Part shown: one piece after another, positions 20,346 to 31,401 of the stretch
Numbering within the stretch: position 1 is the first letter of the stretch
How the letters are laid out: each line of letters begins with the position of its first letter
Assembly (NCBI RefSeq): GCF_055900595.2
Contig: NZ_CM148325.1
Length of the DNA stretch: 64,000 nucleotides
Reading direction: 5' to 3' (one strand)
Program-made: the position numbers and the translations under genes
Notes under the pieces: generated by a model
The model's database searches: none
The model's input: the letters and a program-made list of their open reading frames with translations, nothing else
Told to the model about the DNA's origin: nothing

Positions 20346-21100
20346 ATCAACCGTTACTTTCGGTCAATAACCTGACCCACCTTTACGCGCCGGGCAAAGG
20401 CTTCAGCGATGTCTCTTTTGATTTATGGCCGGGGGAAGTGCTGGGCATTGTCGGGGAATCCGGTTCCGGGAAGACCACGCTGCTGAAATCAATCTCCGCC
20501 CGTCTGACGCCGCAACAGGGGGAGATTCACTATGAAAACCGTTCCCTCTATGGCATGAGCGAGGCCGACCGCCGTCGCCTGCTGCGCACCGAATGGGGCG
20601 TGGTGCATCAGCATCCGCTCGACGGCCTGCGCCGCCAGGTCTCGGCAGGCGGCAATATCGGCGAACGGCTGATGGCGACCGGGGCGCGTCATTACGGCGA
20701 CATTCGCGCCACCGCGCAGAAGTGGCTGGAAGAGGTGGAGATTCCCGCCAACCGTATCGACGACCTGCCGACCACTTTTTCCGGCGGTATGCAGCAGCGT
20801 TTGCAGATTGCCCGCAACCTGGTGACGCATCCGAAGCTGGTGTTTATGGATGAACCGACCGGCGGGCTGGATGTATCGGTACAGGCGCGCCTGCTCGACC
20901 TGCTGCGCGGCCTGGTGGTGGAACTGAACCTGGCGGTGGTGATTGTCACCCATGATTTAGGCGTCGCCCGCCTGCTGGCGGACCGTTTGCTGGTGATGAA
21001 GCAGGGGCAGGTGGTGGAGAGTGGGTTAACCGACCGCGTGCTCGACGACCCGCATCACCCGTATACCCAGTTGCTGGTGTCATCGGTTTTGCAGAATTGA
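20342..21100 (+). CDS. phnK: C-P lyase accessory ATPase PhnK (ABC-type NBD)
   Basis: 252 aa from MNQPLLSVNNLTHLY; Walker A GESGSGKTTLL. Confidence 0.85.
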   Translation: MNQPLLSVNNLTHLYAPGKGFSDVSFDLWPGEVLGIVGESGSGKTTLLKSISARLTPQQGEIHYENRSLYGMSEADRRRLLRTEWGVVHQHPLDGLRRQVSAGGNIGERLMATGARHYGDIRATAQKWLEEVEIPANRIDDLPTTFSGGMQQRLQIARNLVTHPKLVFMDEPTGGLDVSVQARLLDLLRGLVVELNLAVVIVTHDLGVARLLADRLLVMKQGQVVESGLTDRVLDDPHHPYTQLLVSSVLQN

Positions 21101-21121
21101 ATGCAACACCGTGCGCGCTGA

Positions 21122-21231
21122 TCCCCTCACCCCGGCCCTCTCCCGGAGGGAGAGGGAGAAAACCGGCGCAATATTCAACACCGCGCACAATCGGTCCCCT
21201 CGCCCCTTCGGGGAGAGGGTTAGGGTGAGGG
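21122..21231. repeat. Two GC-rich palindromic units of the same family as 15769-15861, flanked by caacaccg(t)gcgc motifs
   Basis: cccctcaccccggccctctcccggagggagaggg and cggtcccctcgccccttcggggagagggttagggtgagggg seen directly. Confidence 0.6.
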
Positions 21232-21276
21232 GCAATGCGCGCACCGCTCCCCAATATGCGAACCACGAGGCGAAAA

Positions 21277-21957
21277 ATGATTAACGTACAAAACGTCAGT
21301 AAAACCTTCATCCTGCACCAGCAAAACGGCGTGCGCCTGCCCGTCTTACAACGCGCCTCGCTCACCGTCAACGCGGGCGAATGCGTGGTGCTCCACGGTC
21401 ACTCCGGCAGCGGCAAATCGACCCTGCTACGTTCGCTGTACGCCAACTATCTGCCCGACGAAGGGCAAATCCAGATTAAACACGGTGACGAATGGATAGA
21501 CCTGGTCACCGCCCCAGCGCGCAAAGTGGTGGAAATCCGCAAAACCACTGTCGGCTGGGTAAGTCAGTTTCTGCGCGTCATCCCGCGTATTTCGGCACTG
21601 GAAGTGGTGATGCAGCCGCTGCTCGATACCGGCGTTCCGCGTGAAGCCTGCGCCGCTAAAGCCGCCCGATTACTGACGCGCCTGAACGTGCCTGAACGCC
21701 TGTGGCACCTGGCACCATCGACCTTCTCCGGCGGCGAACAGCAGCGCGTCAACATCGCCCGTGGCTTTATCGTCGACTATCCGATTCTGCTGCTGGATGA
21801 ACCCACCGCCTCGCTGGACGCCAAAAACAGCGCCGCCGTAGTGGAACTGATCTGCGAAGCCAAAGCCCGCGGCGCGGCCATCGTCGGTATCTTCCATGAC
21901 GAAGCCGTACGCAATGACGTCGCCGACCGCCTGCACCCAATGGGAGTCTCTTCATGA
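21277..21957 (+). CDS. phnL: C-P lyase accessory ATPase PhnL (ABC-type NBD)
   Basis: 226 aa from [11 protein letters not shown]; Walker [12 protein letters not shown]. Confidence 0.85.
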   Translation: MINVQNVSKTFILHQQNGVRLPVLQRASLTVNAGECVVLHGHSGSGKSTLLRSLYANYLPDEGQIQIKHGDEWIDLVTAPARKVVEIRKTTVGWVSQFLRVIPRISALEVVMQPLLDTGVPREACAAKAARLLTRLNVPERLWHLAPSTFSGGEQQRVNIARGFIVDYPILLLDEPTASLDAKNSAAVVELICEAKARGAAIVGIFHDEAVRNDVADRLHPMGVSS

Positions 21958-23090
21958 TTATCAATAACGTCAAACTGGTGCTGGAAAATGAAGTGGTGCA
22001 CGGTTCACTGGAAGTACAGGATGGCGAAATTCGCGCCTTTGCCGAAAGCCAGAGCCGCCTGCCAGAGGCGATGGACGGCGAAGGCGGCTGGCTGCTGCCG
22101 GGGCTGATTGAGCTGCATACCGACAACCTCGATAAATTCTTCACTCCGCGCCCAAAAGTGGACTGGCCTGCCCACTCGGCGATGAGCAGCCACGACGCGC
22201 TGATGGTGGCGAGCGGCATCACCACCGTACTGGATGCCGTGGCGATTGGCGACGTGCGCGACGGCGGCGATCGGCTGGAGAATCTGGAGAAGATGATCAA
22301 CGCCATCGAAGAGACGCAGAAACGCGGCGTCAACCGCGCCGAGCACCGTCTGCACCTGCGCTGTGAACTGCCACATCACACCACGCTGCCGCTGTTTGAA
22401 AAACTGGTGCAGCGCGAGCCGGTAACGCTGGTGTCGCTAATGGACCACTCGCCGGGCCAGCGCCAGTTCGCCAATCGCGAGAAGTATCGCGAATATTATC
22501 AGGGCAAATACTCGCTCACCGATGCGCAGATGCAGCTGTACGAAGAGGAACAGCTGGCGCTTGCCGCACGCTGGTCGCAGCCGAATCGCGAAACCATCGC
22601 CGCAATGTGCCGCGCGCGACAAATTGCCCTCGCCAGCCACGATGACGCCACGCACGCGCACGTTGCCGAATCCCACCAGCTTGGCAGCGTAATCGCCGAA
22701 TTTCCCACCACGTTCGAAGCGGCGGAAGCTTCGCGCAAGCATGGCATGAATGTATTGATGGGCGCGCCGAATATTGTGCGCGGCGGTTCGCACTCCGGCA
22801 ACGTGGCGGCCAGTGAACTGGCACAGCTTGGTCTGCTGGATATCCTCTCTTCCGACTACTACCCCGCCAGCCTGCTCGATGCGGCATTTCGCGTCGCCGA
22901 TGACGAGAGCAACCGCTTTACGCTGCCGCAGGCGGTGAAGCTGGTGACTAAAAATCCGGCGCAGGCGCTGAATCTTCAGGATCGCGGGGTGATTGGCGAG
23001 GGCAAACGCGCCGACCTGGTGCTGGCGCATCGCAAGGGTAATCACATTCATATCGACCACGTCTGGCGTCAGGGGAAAAGGGTGTTTTGA
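21954..23090 (+). CDS. phnM: RPnTP diphosphohydrolase PhnM (amidohydrolase superfamily)
   Basis: 378 aa; 4-nt overlap with phnL and phnN; operon position. Confidence 0.85.
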   Translation: MIINNVKLVLENEVVHGSLEVQDGEIRAFAESQSRLPEAMDGEGGWLLPGLIELHTDNLDKFFTPRPKVDWPAHSAMSSHDALMVASGITTVLDAVAIGDVRDGGDRLENLEKMINAIEETQKRGVNRAEHRLHLRCELPHHTTLPLFEKLVQREPVTLVSLMDHSPGQRQFANREKYREYYQGKYSLTDAQMQLYEEEQLALAARWSQPNRETIAAMCRARQIALASHDDATHAHVAESHQLGSVIAEFPTTFEAAEASRKHGMNVLMGAPNIVRGGSHSGNVAASELAQLGLLDILSSDYYPASLLDAAFRVADDESNRFTLPQAVKLVTKNPAQALNLQDRGVIGEGKRADLVLAHRKGNHIHIDHVWRQGKRVF

Positions 23091-23647
23091 TGATGGGAAA
23101 ACTGGTTTGGTTGATGGGGCCGTCCGGCTCCGGGAAAGATAGCCTGCTGGCGGAGCTCCGCCTGCGGGAACAAGCTCAGTTACTGGTGGCGCATCGCTAC
23201 ATCACGCGCGATGCCAGCGCCGGAAGCGAAAATCATATCGCCCTGAGTGAGCAGGAGTTTTTTGCCCGCGCGGGGCAGCAACTCTTCGCATTAAGCTGGC
23301 ATGCTAATAGCTACTATTACGGTGCCGGGCTGGAAATTGACCTCTGGCTGCACGCCGGATTCGACGTGGTGGTCAACGGTTCACGCGCCCATCTGCCGCA
23401 GGCGCGGGCGCGCTATCAATCGGCGCTGCTGCCCATCTGTTTACAGGTTTCGCCAGAGATCCTGCGCCAGCGCCTGGAAAACCGTGGACGGGAAAACGCG
23501 ACAGAAATTAACGCCCGACTCGCACGCGCCGCCCGCTATACTCCTCAGGATTGCCATACGCTCAACAATGACGGCAGCCTGCGCCAGTCGGTCGACACGC
23601 TGCTGACGCTGATCCATCAGAAGGAGAAACACCATGCCTGCTTGTGA
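23090..23647 (+). CDS. phnN: Ribose 1,5-bisphosphate phosphokinase PhnN
   Basis: 185 aa; P-loop [11 protein letters not shown]. Confidence 0.85.
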   Translation: MMGKLVWLMGPSGSGKDSLLAELRLREQAQLLVAHRYITRDASAGSENHIALSEQEFFARAGQQLFALSWHANSYYYGAGLEIDLWLHAGFDVVVNGSRAHLPQARARYQSALLPICLQVSPEILRQRLENRGRENATEINARLARAARYTPQDCHTLNNDGSLRQSVDTLLTLIHQKEKHHACL

Positions 23648-24068
23648 GCTTCGCCCGGCCACGCAGTACGATACCGACGCGGTTTACGCGCTGATTTGCG
23701 AGCTAAAACAGGCGGAGTTTGACCACCACGCGTTTCGCGTGGGGTTTAACGCCAATCTGCGCGACCCGAACATGCGCTACCATCTGGCGCTGCTGGATGG
23801 CGAAGTTGTCGGCATGATCGGCCTGCATTTGCAGTTTCATCTGCATCATGTCAACTGGATCGGCGAAATTCAGGAACTGGTGGTGATGCCGCAGGCACGT
23901 GGTTTGAACGTGGGTAGCAAATTGCTGGCATGGGCGGAAAAAGAAGCTCGCCAGGCCGGGGCCGAAATGACCGAGCTTTCCACCAACGTCAAGCGCCACG
24001 ACGCGCACCGTTTCTATCTGCGCGAAGGCTACGAGCAGAGCCACTTCCGCTTCACCAAGGCGCTGTAA
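23634..24068 (+). CDS. phnO: Aminoalkylphosphonate N-acetyltransferase PhnO (GNAT)
   Basis: 144 aa GNAT-like protein overlapping the phnN 3' end. Confidence 0.85.
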   Translation: MPACELRPATQYDTDAVYALICELKQAEFDHHAFRVGFNANLRDPNMRYHLALLDGEVVGMIGLHLQFHLHHVNWIGEIQELVVMPQARGLNVGSKLLAWAEKEARQAGAEMTELSTNVKRHDAHRFYLREGYEQSHFRFTKAL

Positions 24069-24069
24069 C

Positions 24070-24828
24070 ATGAGCCTGACCCTCACACTTACTGGCACTG
24101 GCGGCGCACAGGGTGTTCCCGCATGGGGCTGTGAGTGCGCGGCCTGCGCCAGAGCGCGGCGCTCACCGCAGTATCGCCGCCAGCCATGCAGCGGCGTCGT
24201 GAAGTTTAACGACGCGATCACCCTGATCGACGCCGGGCTGCACGGTCTCGCCGATCGCTGGTCGCCCGGATCGTTCCAGCAGTTTTTGCTGACACACTAC
24301 CATATGGATCACGTGCAGGGGCTGTTTCCGCTGCGCTGGGGCGTGGGCGATTCGATCCCGGTCTACGGCCCGCCGGATGAACAGGGCTGCGACGATCTGT
24401 TTAAACATCCGGGCCTGCTTGATTTCAGCCACACGGTGGAGCCATTTGTGATGTTTGATTTGCAGGGATTACAGGTCACGCCGCTGCCGCTCAACCATTC
24501 GAAACTCACTTTCGGCTATCTACTGGAAACGGCACATAGCCGGGTGGCGTGGCTGTCTGACACCGCAGGCCTGCCGGAAAAAACGGTGAAATTTTTACGC
24601 AATAATCAGCCGCAGGTGATGGTGATTGATTGCAGTCACCCACCGCGCGCGAATTCGCCACGCAATCACTGTGATTTAAACACCGTGCTGGCGCTGAATG
24701 AAGTTATCCGCTCGCCGCGCGTGGTTCTGACACATATCAGCCATCAGCTTGATGTGTGGCTGATGGAGAACGTACTGCCGTCAGGGTTTGAGGCGGGGTT
24801 TGATGGGATGGAGATTGGGGTGGAGTGA
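24070..24828 (+). CDS. phnP: Phosphoribosyl 1,2-cyclic phosphate phosphodiesterase PhnP (metallo-beta-lactamase fold)
   Basis: 252 aa; HxHxDH motif (THYHMDH). Confidence 0.85.
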   Translation: MSLTLTLTGTGGAQGVPAWGCECAACARARRSPQYRRQPCSGVVKFNDAITLIDAGLHGLADRWSPGSFQQFLLTHYHMDHVQGLFPLRWGVGDSIPVYGPPDEQGCDDLFKHPGLLDFSHTVEPFVMFDLQGLQVTPLPLNHSKLTFGYLLETAHSRVAWLSDTAGLPEKTVKFLRNNQPQVMVIDCSHPPRANSPRNHCDLNTVLALNEVIRSPRVVLTHISHQLDVWLMENVLPSGFEAGFDGMEIGVE

Positions 24829-24862
24829 TGGGTGAGGGGCGATGCCTGCTCTAAACTCAACA

Positions 24863-25192
24863 TCACCGCCCATACTCATCTTCCATTCTCCGCTCTTCAT
24901 CTTCTAGCTGCCGACGCTCCTGATCCAGCTGGCGCTGGCGATCGTCCAGCTGCCTGCGGCGATCTTCAAACTGGCGGCGGCGATCGTCATATTGTCTGCG
25001 CCGATCGTCGTTCACTTCACGCTGCCAGCCGTCGTCGCGCGAATCTTCATAGTCTCGCCCACGGTCAGGGTTATAAGCATCGTTAATCGCCTGCTGAATA
25101 TTACCAATGGTGTCGTCGATAATATCGGCCTGGGCCGGAACGGTGGACAGCGTGAGCAGGGTGAATAAAAGAAATAGCGGAAAACGTTTCAT
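24863..25192 (-). CDS. yjdP: Small secreted protein YjdP (signal peptide, charged Arg/Asp/Glu/Gln-rich repeats)
   Basis: 109 aa; N-terminal MKRFPLFLLFTLLTLSTVPAQA signal peptide, then low-complexity RRRQ/DDR repeats. Confidence 0.75.
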   Translation of the reverse strand: MKRFPLFLLFTLLTLSTVPAQADIIDDTIGNIQQAINDAYNPDRGRDYEDSRDDGWQREVNDDRRRQYDDRRRQFEDRRRQLDDRQRQLDQERRQLEDEERRMEDEYGR

Positions 25193-25260
25193 TAGCCAAC
25201 CTCAAAAAGAAACTCTATCCACATTAGTCATTACTCATCCATGCAAGTAGTGGATGAATC

Positions 25261-25578
25261 TCAATTTTTCCGCTGCTCTATTGCCGTAATCGCCTCCACA
25301 CGTTGTTGATGACGACCGCCTTCGTACTGCGCGCCCAGCCACGCATCCACAATCATTTTTGCCAGTTCGAGGCCAACCACTCGTGAACCAAAAGCCAGTG
25401 CAACTTCACTGGCGTAATGCGGATAATCAGTGCGCTCTGACGACCTGGTTTCTTTATCAATCCCCTCACTCATTGACCATGAATAAAAGGCTGGCACAGC
25501 AACGCAGAATCCTGCGGTGCCAGCGACATGACCGCCCATTGCTCCGGTACGTTTTTTAATAAGAAACACCGGTTGCAT
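25261..25578 (-). pseudogene. rpiB: Remnant of ribose-5-phosphate isomerase B gene (internally deleted, 5' part scrambled)
   Basis: C-terminal ~60 aa of the ORF (SSERTDYPHYASEVALAFGSRVVGLELAKMIVDAWLGAQYEGGRHQQRVEAITAIEQRKN) matches RpiB as I recall it, but the central ~50 residues, including the GTGVG...AANK active-site region, are missing and the N-terminus does not match. Confidence 0.55.
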
Positions 25579-25830
25579 TGATTAATTGTGCTCAGTATTT
25601 GCCGAAGTACAATATATATAATAAATATATAAAACACCTCATATTATTTACAGAGATAATAAATTCGCATACTTTTCCCTCTTCAGCACAAATGCCTAAT
25701 AAAATGGCTCGTTCCGCTCACACTTCCACTTATTAAAATCGCAATTTCCCAATTATGATAACGCCAGCTTTAAATGACGTATTTTGCATGGATTACATAT
25801 TTACGACACAAATGATAAATGGAGATTTAT

Positions 25831-27816
25831 ATGAATAACTCTCGGTTATTCCGTTTGAGCAGGATTGTTATTGCGTTAACTGCCGCCAGCGGCATGATGG
25901 TAAATACCGCTCACGCAACAGATGAAGCGAAAGCCGCCACTCAATATACCCAACAGGTTAATCAGAATTACGCCAAATCATTACCGTTTAGCGATCGTCA
26001 GGATTTTGACGATGCCCAGCGCGGATTTATCGCCCCGCTGCTGGATGAAGGTATTCTGCGCGATGCGAATGGCAAAGTTTACTACCGCGCGGATGATTAC
26101 AAATTTGATATTAATGCCGCTGCGCCGGAAACCGTAAACCCCAGCCTGTGGCGTCAGTCGCAGATCAACGGCATTTCTGGCCTGTTCAAAGTCACCGATA
26201 AAATGTATCAGGTGCGCGGCCAGGATATCTCTAACATTACATTCGTTGAGGGCGAGAAAGGCATTATTGTTATCGACCCACTGGTGACACCGCCTGCCGC
26301 AAAAGCCGCACTTGACCTTTACTTCCAGCATCGTCCGCAAAAACCGATTGTTGCTGTTATTTACACCCACAGCCACGCCGACCATTATGGCGGTGTGAAA
26401 GGCATTATCTCTGAAGCGGATGTTAAATCTGGCAAAGTGCAGGTGATCGCTCCGGCAGGCTTTATGGACGAAGCCATCAGCGAAAACGTGCTGGCGGGTA
26501 ACATCATGAGCCGCCGTGCGCTCTACTCTTACGGTCTGTTACTGCCGCACAACGCGCAAGGCAACGTGGGCAACGGCCTGGGCGTGACGCTGGCAACGGG
26601 CGATCCGAGCATTATTGCGCCAACCAAAACGATTGTCAGAACTGGCGAGAAGATGGTTATCGACGGTCTGGAGTTTGACTTTCTGATGACTCCGGGTAGC
26701 GAAGCGCCAGCCGAAATGCACTTCTATATTCCGGCCCTGAAAGCCCTGTGTACCGCCGAAAACGCCACGCATACCCTGCACAACTTCTACACCCTGCGCG
26801 GCGCGAAAACCCGCGATACCAGCAAGTGGACAGCGTATCTGAACGAAACGCTGGATATGTGGGGTAACGACGCGGAAGTACTGTTTATGCCGCACACCTG
26901 GCCGGTCTGGGGCAATAAGCATATCAATGATTATATTGGTAAATATCGCGATACTATCAAATACATTCACGACCAGCCCCTGCACCTGGCGAACCAGGGT
27001 TACACCATGAATGAAATCGGCGACATGATTAAGCTGCCACCTGCGCTTGCCAATAACTGGGCCAGCCGCGGCTATTACGGTTCTGTTAGCCACAACGCCC
27101 GTGCAGTGTATAACTTCTATCTCGGCTATTATGACGGCAATCCAGCTAACCTACATCCGTACGGTCAGGTGGAGATGGGCAAACGTTACGTGAAAGCGCT
27201 GGGCGGTTCCGCCCGTGTCATCAACCTGGCGCAAGAAGCGAACAAGCAAGGGGATTACCGCTGGTCAGCAGAGTTGCTGAAACAATTGATTGCCGCCAAT
27301 CCGGGTGACCAGGTGGCGAAGAATCTGCAAGCAAATAACTTTGAACAGTTGGGTTATCAGGCCGAGTCCGCCACCTGGCGCGGTTTCTACCTGACCGGCG
27401 CAAAAGAGCTGCGCGAAGGGGTGCATAAGTTCAGCCACGGCACCACCGGTTCTCCGGACACCCTTCGCGGGATGTCGGTCGAAATGCTGTTCGACTTTAT
27501 GGCCGTTCGCCTCGATAGCGCGAAAGCCGCAGGTAAGAATATCAGCCTGAACTTCAATATGAGCAACGGCGATAACCTCAACCTGACGCTGAACGATAGC
27601 GTGCTTAACTACCGTAAAACGCTGCAACCTGAAGCCAACGCCTCTTTCTACATCAGCCGTGAAGATCTTCACGCCGTGCTGACCGGACAAGCCAAAATAG
27701 CGGATCTGGTAAAAGTGAAGAAAGCCAAAATTATTGGCAATGGCGCGAAACTGGAAGAAATTATTGCCTGTCTGGATAATTTCGATTTGTGGGTGAATAT
27801 CGTAACCCCAAATTAA
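25831..27816 (+). CDS. yjcS: Putative alkyl/aryl sulfatase YjcS (metallo-beta-lactamase fold, secreted)
   Basis: 661 aa from MNNSRLFRL; signal peptide; HSHADH motif. Confidence 0.8.
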   Translation: MNNSRLFRLSRIVIALTAASGMMVNTAHATDEAKAATQYTQQVNQNYAKSLPFSDRQDFDDAQRGFIAPLLDEGILRDANGKVYYRADDYKFDINAAAPETVNPSLWRQSQINGISGLFKVTDKMYQVRGQDISNITFVEGEKGIIVIDPLVTPPAAKAALDLYFQHRPQKPIVAVIYTHSHADHYGGVKGIISEADVKSGKVQVIAPAGFMDEAISENVLAGNIMSRRALYSYGLLLPHNAQGNVGNGLGVTLATGDPSIIAPTKTIVRTGEKMVIDGLEFDFLMTPGSEAPAEMHFYIPALKALCTAENATHTLHNFYTLRGAKTRDTSKWTAYLNETLDMWGNDAEVLFMPHTWPVWGNKHINDYIGKYRDTIKYIHDQPLHLANQGYTMNEIGDMIKLPPALANNWASRGYYGSVSHNARAVYNFYLGYYDGNPANLHPYGQVEMGKRYVKALGGSARVINLAQEANKQGDYRWSAELLKQLIAANPGDQVAKNLQANNFEQLGYQAESATWRGFYLTGAKELREGVHKFSHGTTGSPDTLRGMSVEMLFDFMAVRLDSAKAAGKNISLNFNMSNGDNLNLTLNDSVLNYRKTLQPEANASFYISREDLHAVLTGQAKIADLVKVKKAKIIGNGAKLEEIIACLDNFDLWVNIVTPN

Positions 27817-27824
27817 TGCCACTC

Positions 27825-27866
27825 ACTTTTGGGGGCGCTTAAGCCCCCAAAAGTATTTATTTTAAA
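27825..27866 (+). terminator. Rho-independent terminator after yjcS
   Basis: Hairpin cttttgggggcgcttaagcccccaaaag followed by a T-rich run. Confidence 0.6.
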
Positions 27867-28024
27867 AATACATACAACCAATTAATACATAAAATATATA
27901 AGTTATGAATGCGGTGGCTGAATAAAGCTATTTTTATTCATCGAGAAAATAGCCATACTGACGCCTTCAATGGATATTGATATTCACTACAGATATTGTT
28001 CGCAGCAGACAGGATGTATTTAAT

Positions 28025-28300
28025 ATGCCAACAGTTCTCTCTCGCATGGCGATGCAACTCAAAAAAACAGCCTGGATAATTCCCGTCTTCATGGTTTCGG
28101 GATGCTCATTATCTCCGGCAATCCCGGTGATCGGCGCTTATTATCCCAGCTGGTTTTTCTGCGCCATTGCCAGCCTTATTTTGACGCTCATCACGAGGCG
28201 AATTATTCAGCGGGCAAATATCAATCTGGCATTTGTCGGAATTATTTATACCGCCCTTTTTGCTCTCTACGCCATGCTGTTCTGGCTGGCATTTTTCTAA
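28025..28300 (+). CDS. ytcA: Small lipoprotein/membrane protein YtcA
   Basis: 91 aa from MPTVLSRMAMQLKK with a lipobox-like MVSGCSLS; sits immediately upstream of mdtN. Confidence 0.7.
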   Translation: MPTVLSRMAMQLKKTAWIIPVFMVSGCSLSPAIPVIGAYYPSWFFCAIASLILTLITRRIIQRANINLAFVGIIYTALFALYAMLFWLAFF

Positions 28301-28318
28301 TCTATTTGAGACGCGCTC

Positions 28319-29350
28319 ATGGAAAGTACGCCGAAAAAAGCTCCTCGCAGTAAATTCCCTGCTCTGTTAGTGGTTGCGTTGGCGCTGGTTGCCCTTGTTT
28401 TCGTTATCTGGCGCGTAGACAGTGCGCCATCAACTAATGACGCCTACGCGTCAGCAGATACCATTGATGTGGTGCCGGAAGTCAGCGGTCGCATTGTAGA
28501 ACTGGCGGTCACCGACAACCAGGCGGTGAAACAGGGCGATTTGCTGTTCCGCATCGACCCGCGCCCGTACGAAGCCAATCTGGCGAAAGCCGAAGCCTCC
28601 CTCGCGGCGCTGGATAAGCAAATTATGCTCACCCAGCGTAGCGTTGACGCACAACAGTTTGGTGCCGACTCGGTTAATGCCACGGTAGAAAAAGCCCGTG
28701 CCGCCGCGAAACAGGCCAGCGATACATTACGCCGCACCGAGCCATTACTGAAAGAAGGTTTTGTCTCAGCGGAAGACGTTGACCGCGCAAGAACCGCACA
28801 GCGTGCGGCAGAAGCAGATCTTAATGCCGTATTGTTACAGGCGCAGTCAGCCGCCAGCGCTGTCAGCGGCGTTGATGCACTCGTTGCCCAACGTGCAGCT
28901 GTTGAAGCGGATATCGCCCTGACCAAGTTGCATCTGGAAATGGCAACCGTTCGCGCGCCGTTTGATGGCCGAGTCATTTCCCTCAAAACTTCGGTTGGGC
29001 AATTTGCTTCTGCCATGCGCCCTATTTTCACCCTAATCGACACCCGTCACTGGTACGTGATCGCCAACTTCCGCGAAACCGATCTGAAAAATATTCGCTC
29101 GGGTACACCCGCAACGATTCGCCTGATGAGCGACAGCGGCAAAACCTTCGCAGGTAAAGTGGATTCGATTGGCTACGGCGTGCTACCGGATGACGGCGGC
29201 CTGGTGCTGGGCGGCCTGCCGAAAGTGTCTCGTTCTATTAACTGGGTCCGCGTTGCCCAGCGTTTTCCGGTCAAAATCATGGTTGAAAAACCTGACCCGG
29301 AAATGTTCCGCATCGGCGCTTCGGCAGTCGCTAATCTTGAGCCGCAATAA
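28319..29350 (+). CDS. mdtN: Efflux pump membrane fusion protein (HlyD family)
   Basis: 343 aa; N-terminal TM anchor, coiled-coil and beta-barrel regions typical of MFPs. Confidence 0.85.
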   Translation: MESTPKKAPRSKFPALLVVALALVALVFVIWRVDSAPSTNDAYASADTIDVVPEVSGRIVELAVTDNQAVKQGDLLFRIDPRPYEANLAKAEASLAALDKQIMLTQRSVDAQQFGADSVNATVEKARAAAKQASDTLRRTEPLLKEGFVSAEDVDRARTAQRAAEADLNAVLLQAQSAASAVSGVDALVAQRAAVEADIALTKLHLEMATVRAPFDGRVISLKTSVGQFASAMRPIFTLIDTRHWYVIANFRETDLKNIRSGTPATIRLMSDSGKTFAGKVDSIGYGVLPDDGGLVLGGLPKVSRSINWVRVAQRFPVKIMVEKPDPEMFRIGASAVANLEPQ

Positions 29351-31401
29351 TGAGCGCGCTCAACTCCCTGCCATTACCGGTGGTCAGGCTGCTGGCGTTC
29401 TTTCATGAAGAGTTAAGCGAGCGGCGACCAGGTCGCGTGCCGCAGACTATGCAACTCTGGGTAGGCTGCTTGCTGGTGATTCTGATCTCGATGACTTTTG
29501 AGATCCCTTTTGTGGCGTTATCACTGGCAGTGCTGTTTTACGGTATTCAGTCGAACGCGTTTTACACCAAATTTGTCGCGATCTTGTTTGTGGTCGCCAC
29601 GATGCTGGAAATCGCCAGCCTGTTTTTGATCTACAAATGGTCATATGGCGAACCGTTGATCCGATTGATCATTGCCGGACCGATCCTGATGGGCTGTATG
29701 TTTTTGATGCGCACCCATCGGTTGGGGCTGGTCTTTTTCGCCGTCGCCATTGTCGCTATTTACGGGCAAACCTTCCCCGCCATGCTCGACTATCCGGAAG
29801 TGGTCGTGCGCTTAACCCTGTGGTGTATTGTTGTCGGCCTCTACCCGACGTTATTGATGACGTTAATCGGCGTGCTGTGGTTTCCCAGCCGCGCTATCAC
29901 GCAGATGCATCAGGTGCTTAATGATCGGCTTGATGATGCCATTAGCCACCTGACGGACAGCCTCGCACCGCTACCCGAAACGCGGATTGAAAGAGAGGCG
30001 CTGGCGCTGCAAAAACTCAATGTCTTTTGCCTCGCGGACGATGCCAACTGGCGAACTCAGAGCGCATGGTGGCAAAGCTGCGTGGCAACGGTAACCTACA
30101 TTTACTCGACGCTGAATCGCTACGATCCCACCTCTTTTGCTGATTCTCAGGCAATTATTGAATTTCGGCAAAAATTAGCCTCAGAAATCAACAAACTGCA
30201 GCATGCCATTGCCGAAGGTCAGTGCTGGCAAAGCGACTGGCGGATCACTGAAAGTGAAGCGATGGCGGCACGGGAATGTAACCTGGAGAATATCTGCCAG
30301 ACATTGTTGCAACTGGGTCAGATGGACCCGAATACGCCGCCAACGCCCGCCGCCAAACCGCCATCAATGGTCGCCGATGCTTTTACCAATCCAGACTATA
30401 TGCGCTACGCGGTAAAAACGCTGCTCGCCTGTTTGATCTGTTACACCTTCTACAGCGGCGTGGACTGGGAAGGCATTCACACCTGTATGCTGACCTGCGT
30501 GATCGTCGCTAACCCCAATGTCGGTTCGTCGTACCAGAAGATGGTGTTGCGTTTTGGCGGGGCTTTTTGCGGCGCAATTCTGGCGCTGTTATTCACGCTA
30601 CTGGTCATGCCCTGGCTGGACAATATTGTCGAATTGCTGTTTGTGCTGGCACCGATTTTCCTGTTGGGCGCATGGATTGCCACCAGCTCTGAACGCTCTT
30701 CTTATATCGGCACACAGATGGTGGTCACCTTCGCGCTCGCCACGCTCGAAAACGTTTTTGGCCCGGTGTACGACCTGGTGGAAATTCGCGATCGCGCCCT
30801 GGGTATCATCATTGGTACCGTGGTGTCCGCGGTGATTTACACCTTTGTCTGGCCTGAAAGTGAAGCGCGCACACTGCCGCAAAAACTGGCTGGCGCGCTG
30901 GGTATGTTGAGTAAAGTAATGCGGATCCCACGCCAGCAGGAAGTCACGGCTCTGCGCACTTATCTGCAAATTCGCATAGGTCTGCATGCGGCGTTTAATG
31001 CCTGTGAAGAGATGTGCCAACGCGTGGCGCTGGAACGTCAACTGGATAGCGAAGAACGCGCGTTACTGATTGAACGTTCGCAAACGGTTATTCGTCAGGG
31101 CCGCGATATTCTTCACGCCTGGGATGCAACCTGGAACTCGGCGCAGGCGCTGGATAACGCACTACAGCCGGACAGAGCAGGCCTGTTTGCCGACGCACTG
31201 GAGAAATACGCCGCCGGCCTGGCAAGCGCATTCAGTCGTTCTCCTCAAATAACGCTTGAAGAAACACCCGCCTCGCAGGCCATTCTGCCGACCTTATTAA
31301 AACAGGAGCAACACGTCTGCCAGCTTTTCGCCCGCTTGCCAGACTGGACAGCCCCGGCATTAACGCCCGCCACGGAACAGGCACAAGGAGCCACGCAATG
31401 A
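29350..31401 (+). CDS. mdtO: Efflux pump inner-membrane component (FUSC/aromatic acid exporter family)
   Basis: 683 aa multi-TM protein; start overlaps the mdtN stop. Confidence 0.85.
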   Translation: MSALNSLPLPVVRLLAFFHEELSERRPGRVPQTMQLWVGCLLVILISMTFEIPFVALSLAVLFYGIQSNAFYTKFVAILFVVATMLEIASLFLIYKWSYGEPLIRLIIAGPILMGCMFLMRTHRLGLVFFAVAIVAIYGQTFPAMLDYPEVVVRLTLWCIVVGLYPTLLMTLIGVLWFPSRAITQMHQVLNDRLDDAISHLTDSLAPLPETRIEREALALQKLNVFCLADDANWRTQSAWWQSCVATVTYIYSTLNRYDPTSFADSQAIIEFRQKLASEINKLQHAIAEGQCWQSDWRITESEAMAARECNLENICQTLLQLGQMDPNTPPTPAAKPPSMVADAFTNPDYMRYAVKTLLACLICYTFYSGVDWEGIHTCMLTCVIVANPNVGSSYQKMVLRFGGAFCGAILALLFTLLVMPWLDNIVELLFVLAPIFLLGAWIATSSERSSYIGTQMVVTFALATLENVFGPVYDLVEIRDRALGIIIGTVVSAVIYTFVWPESEARTLPQKLAGALGMLSKVMRIPRQQEVTALRTYLQIRIGLHAAFNACEEMCQRVALERQLDSEERALLIERSQTVIRQGRDILHAWDATWNSAQALDNALQPDRAGLFADALEKYAAGLASAFSRSPQITLEETPASQAILPTLLKQEQHVCQLFARLPDWTAPALTPATEQAQGATQ

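Noticed and set aside
15769-21231. GC-rich palindromic units considered as a possible CRISPR array
   Set aside because: Only two pairs ~5 kb apart, in inverted orientation, with no regularly spaced unique spacers and no cas genes.
21767-22333. 188-aa and 124-aa ORFs antisense to phnL/phnM
   Set aside because: Antisense shadow ORFs, Arg/Ser-rich, no motifs.
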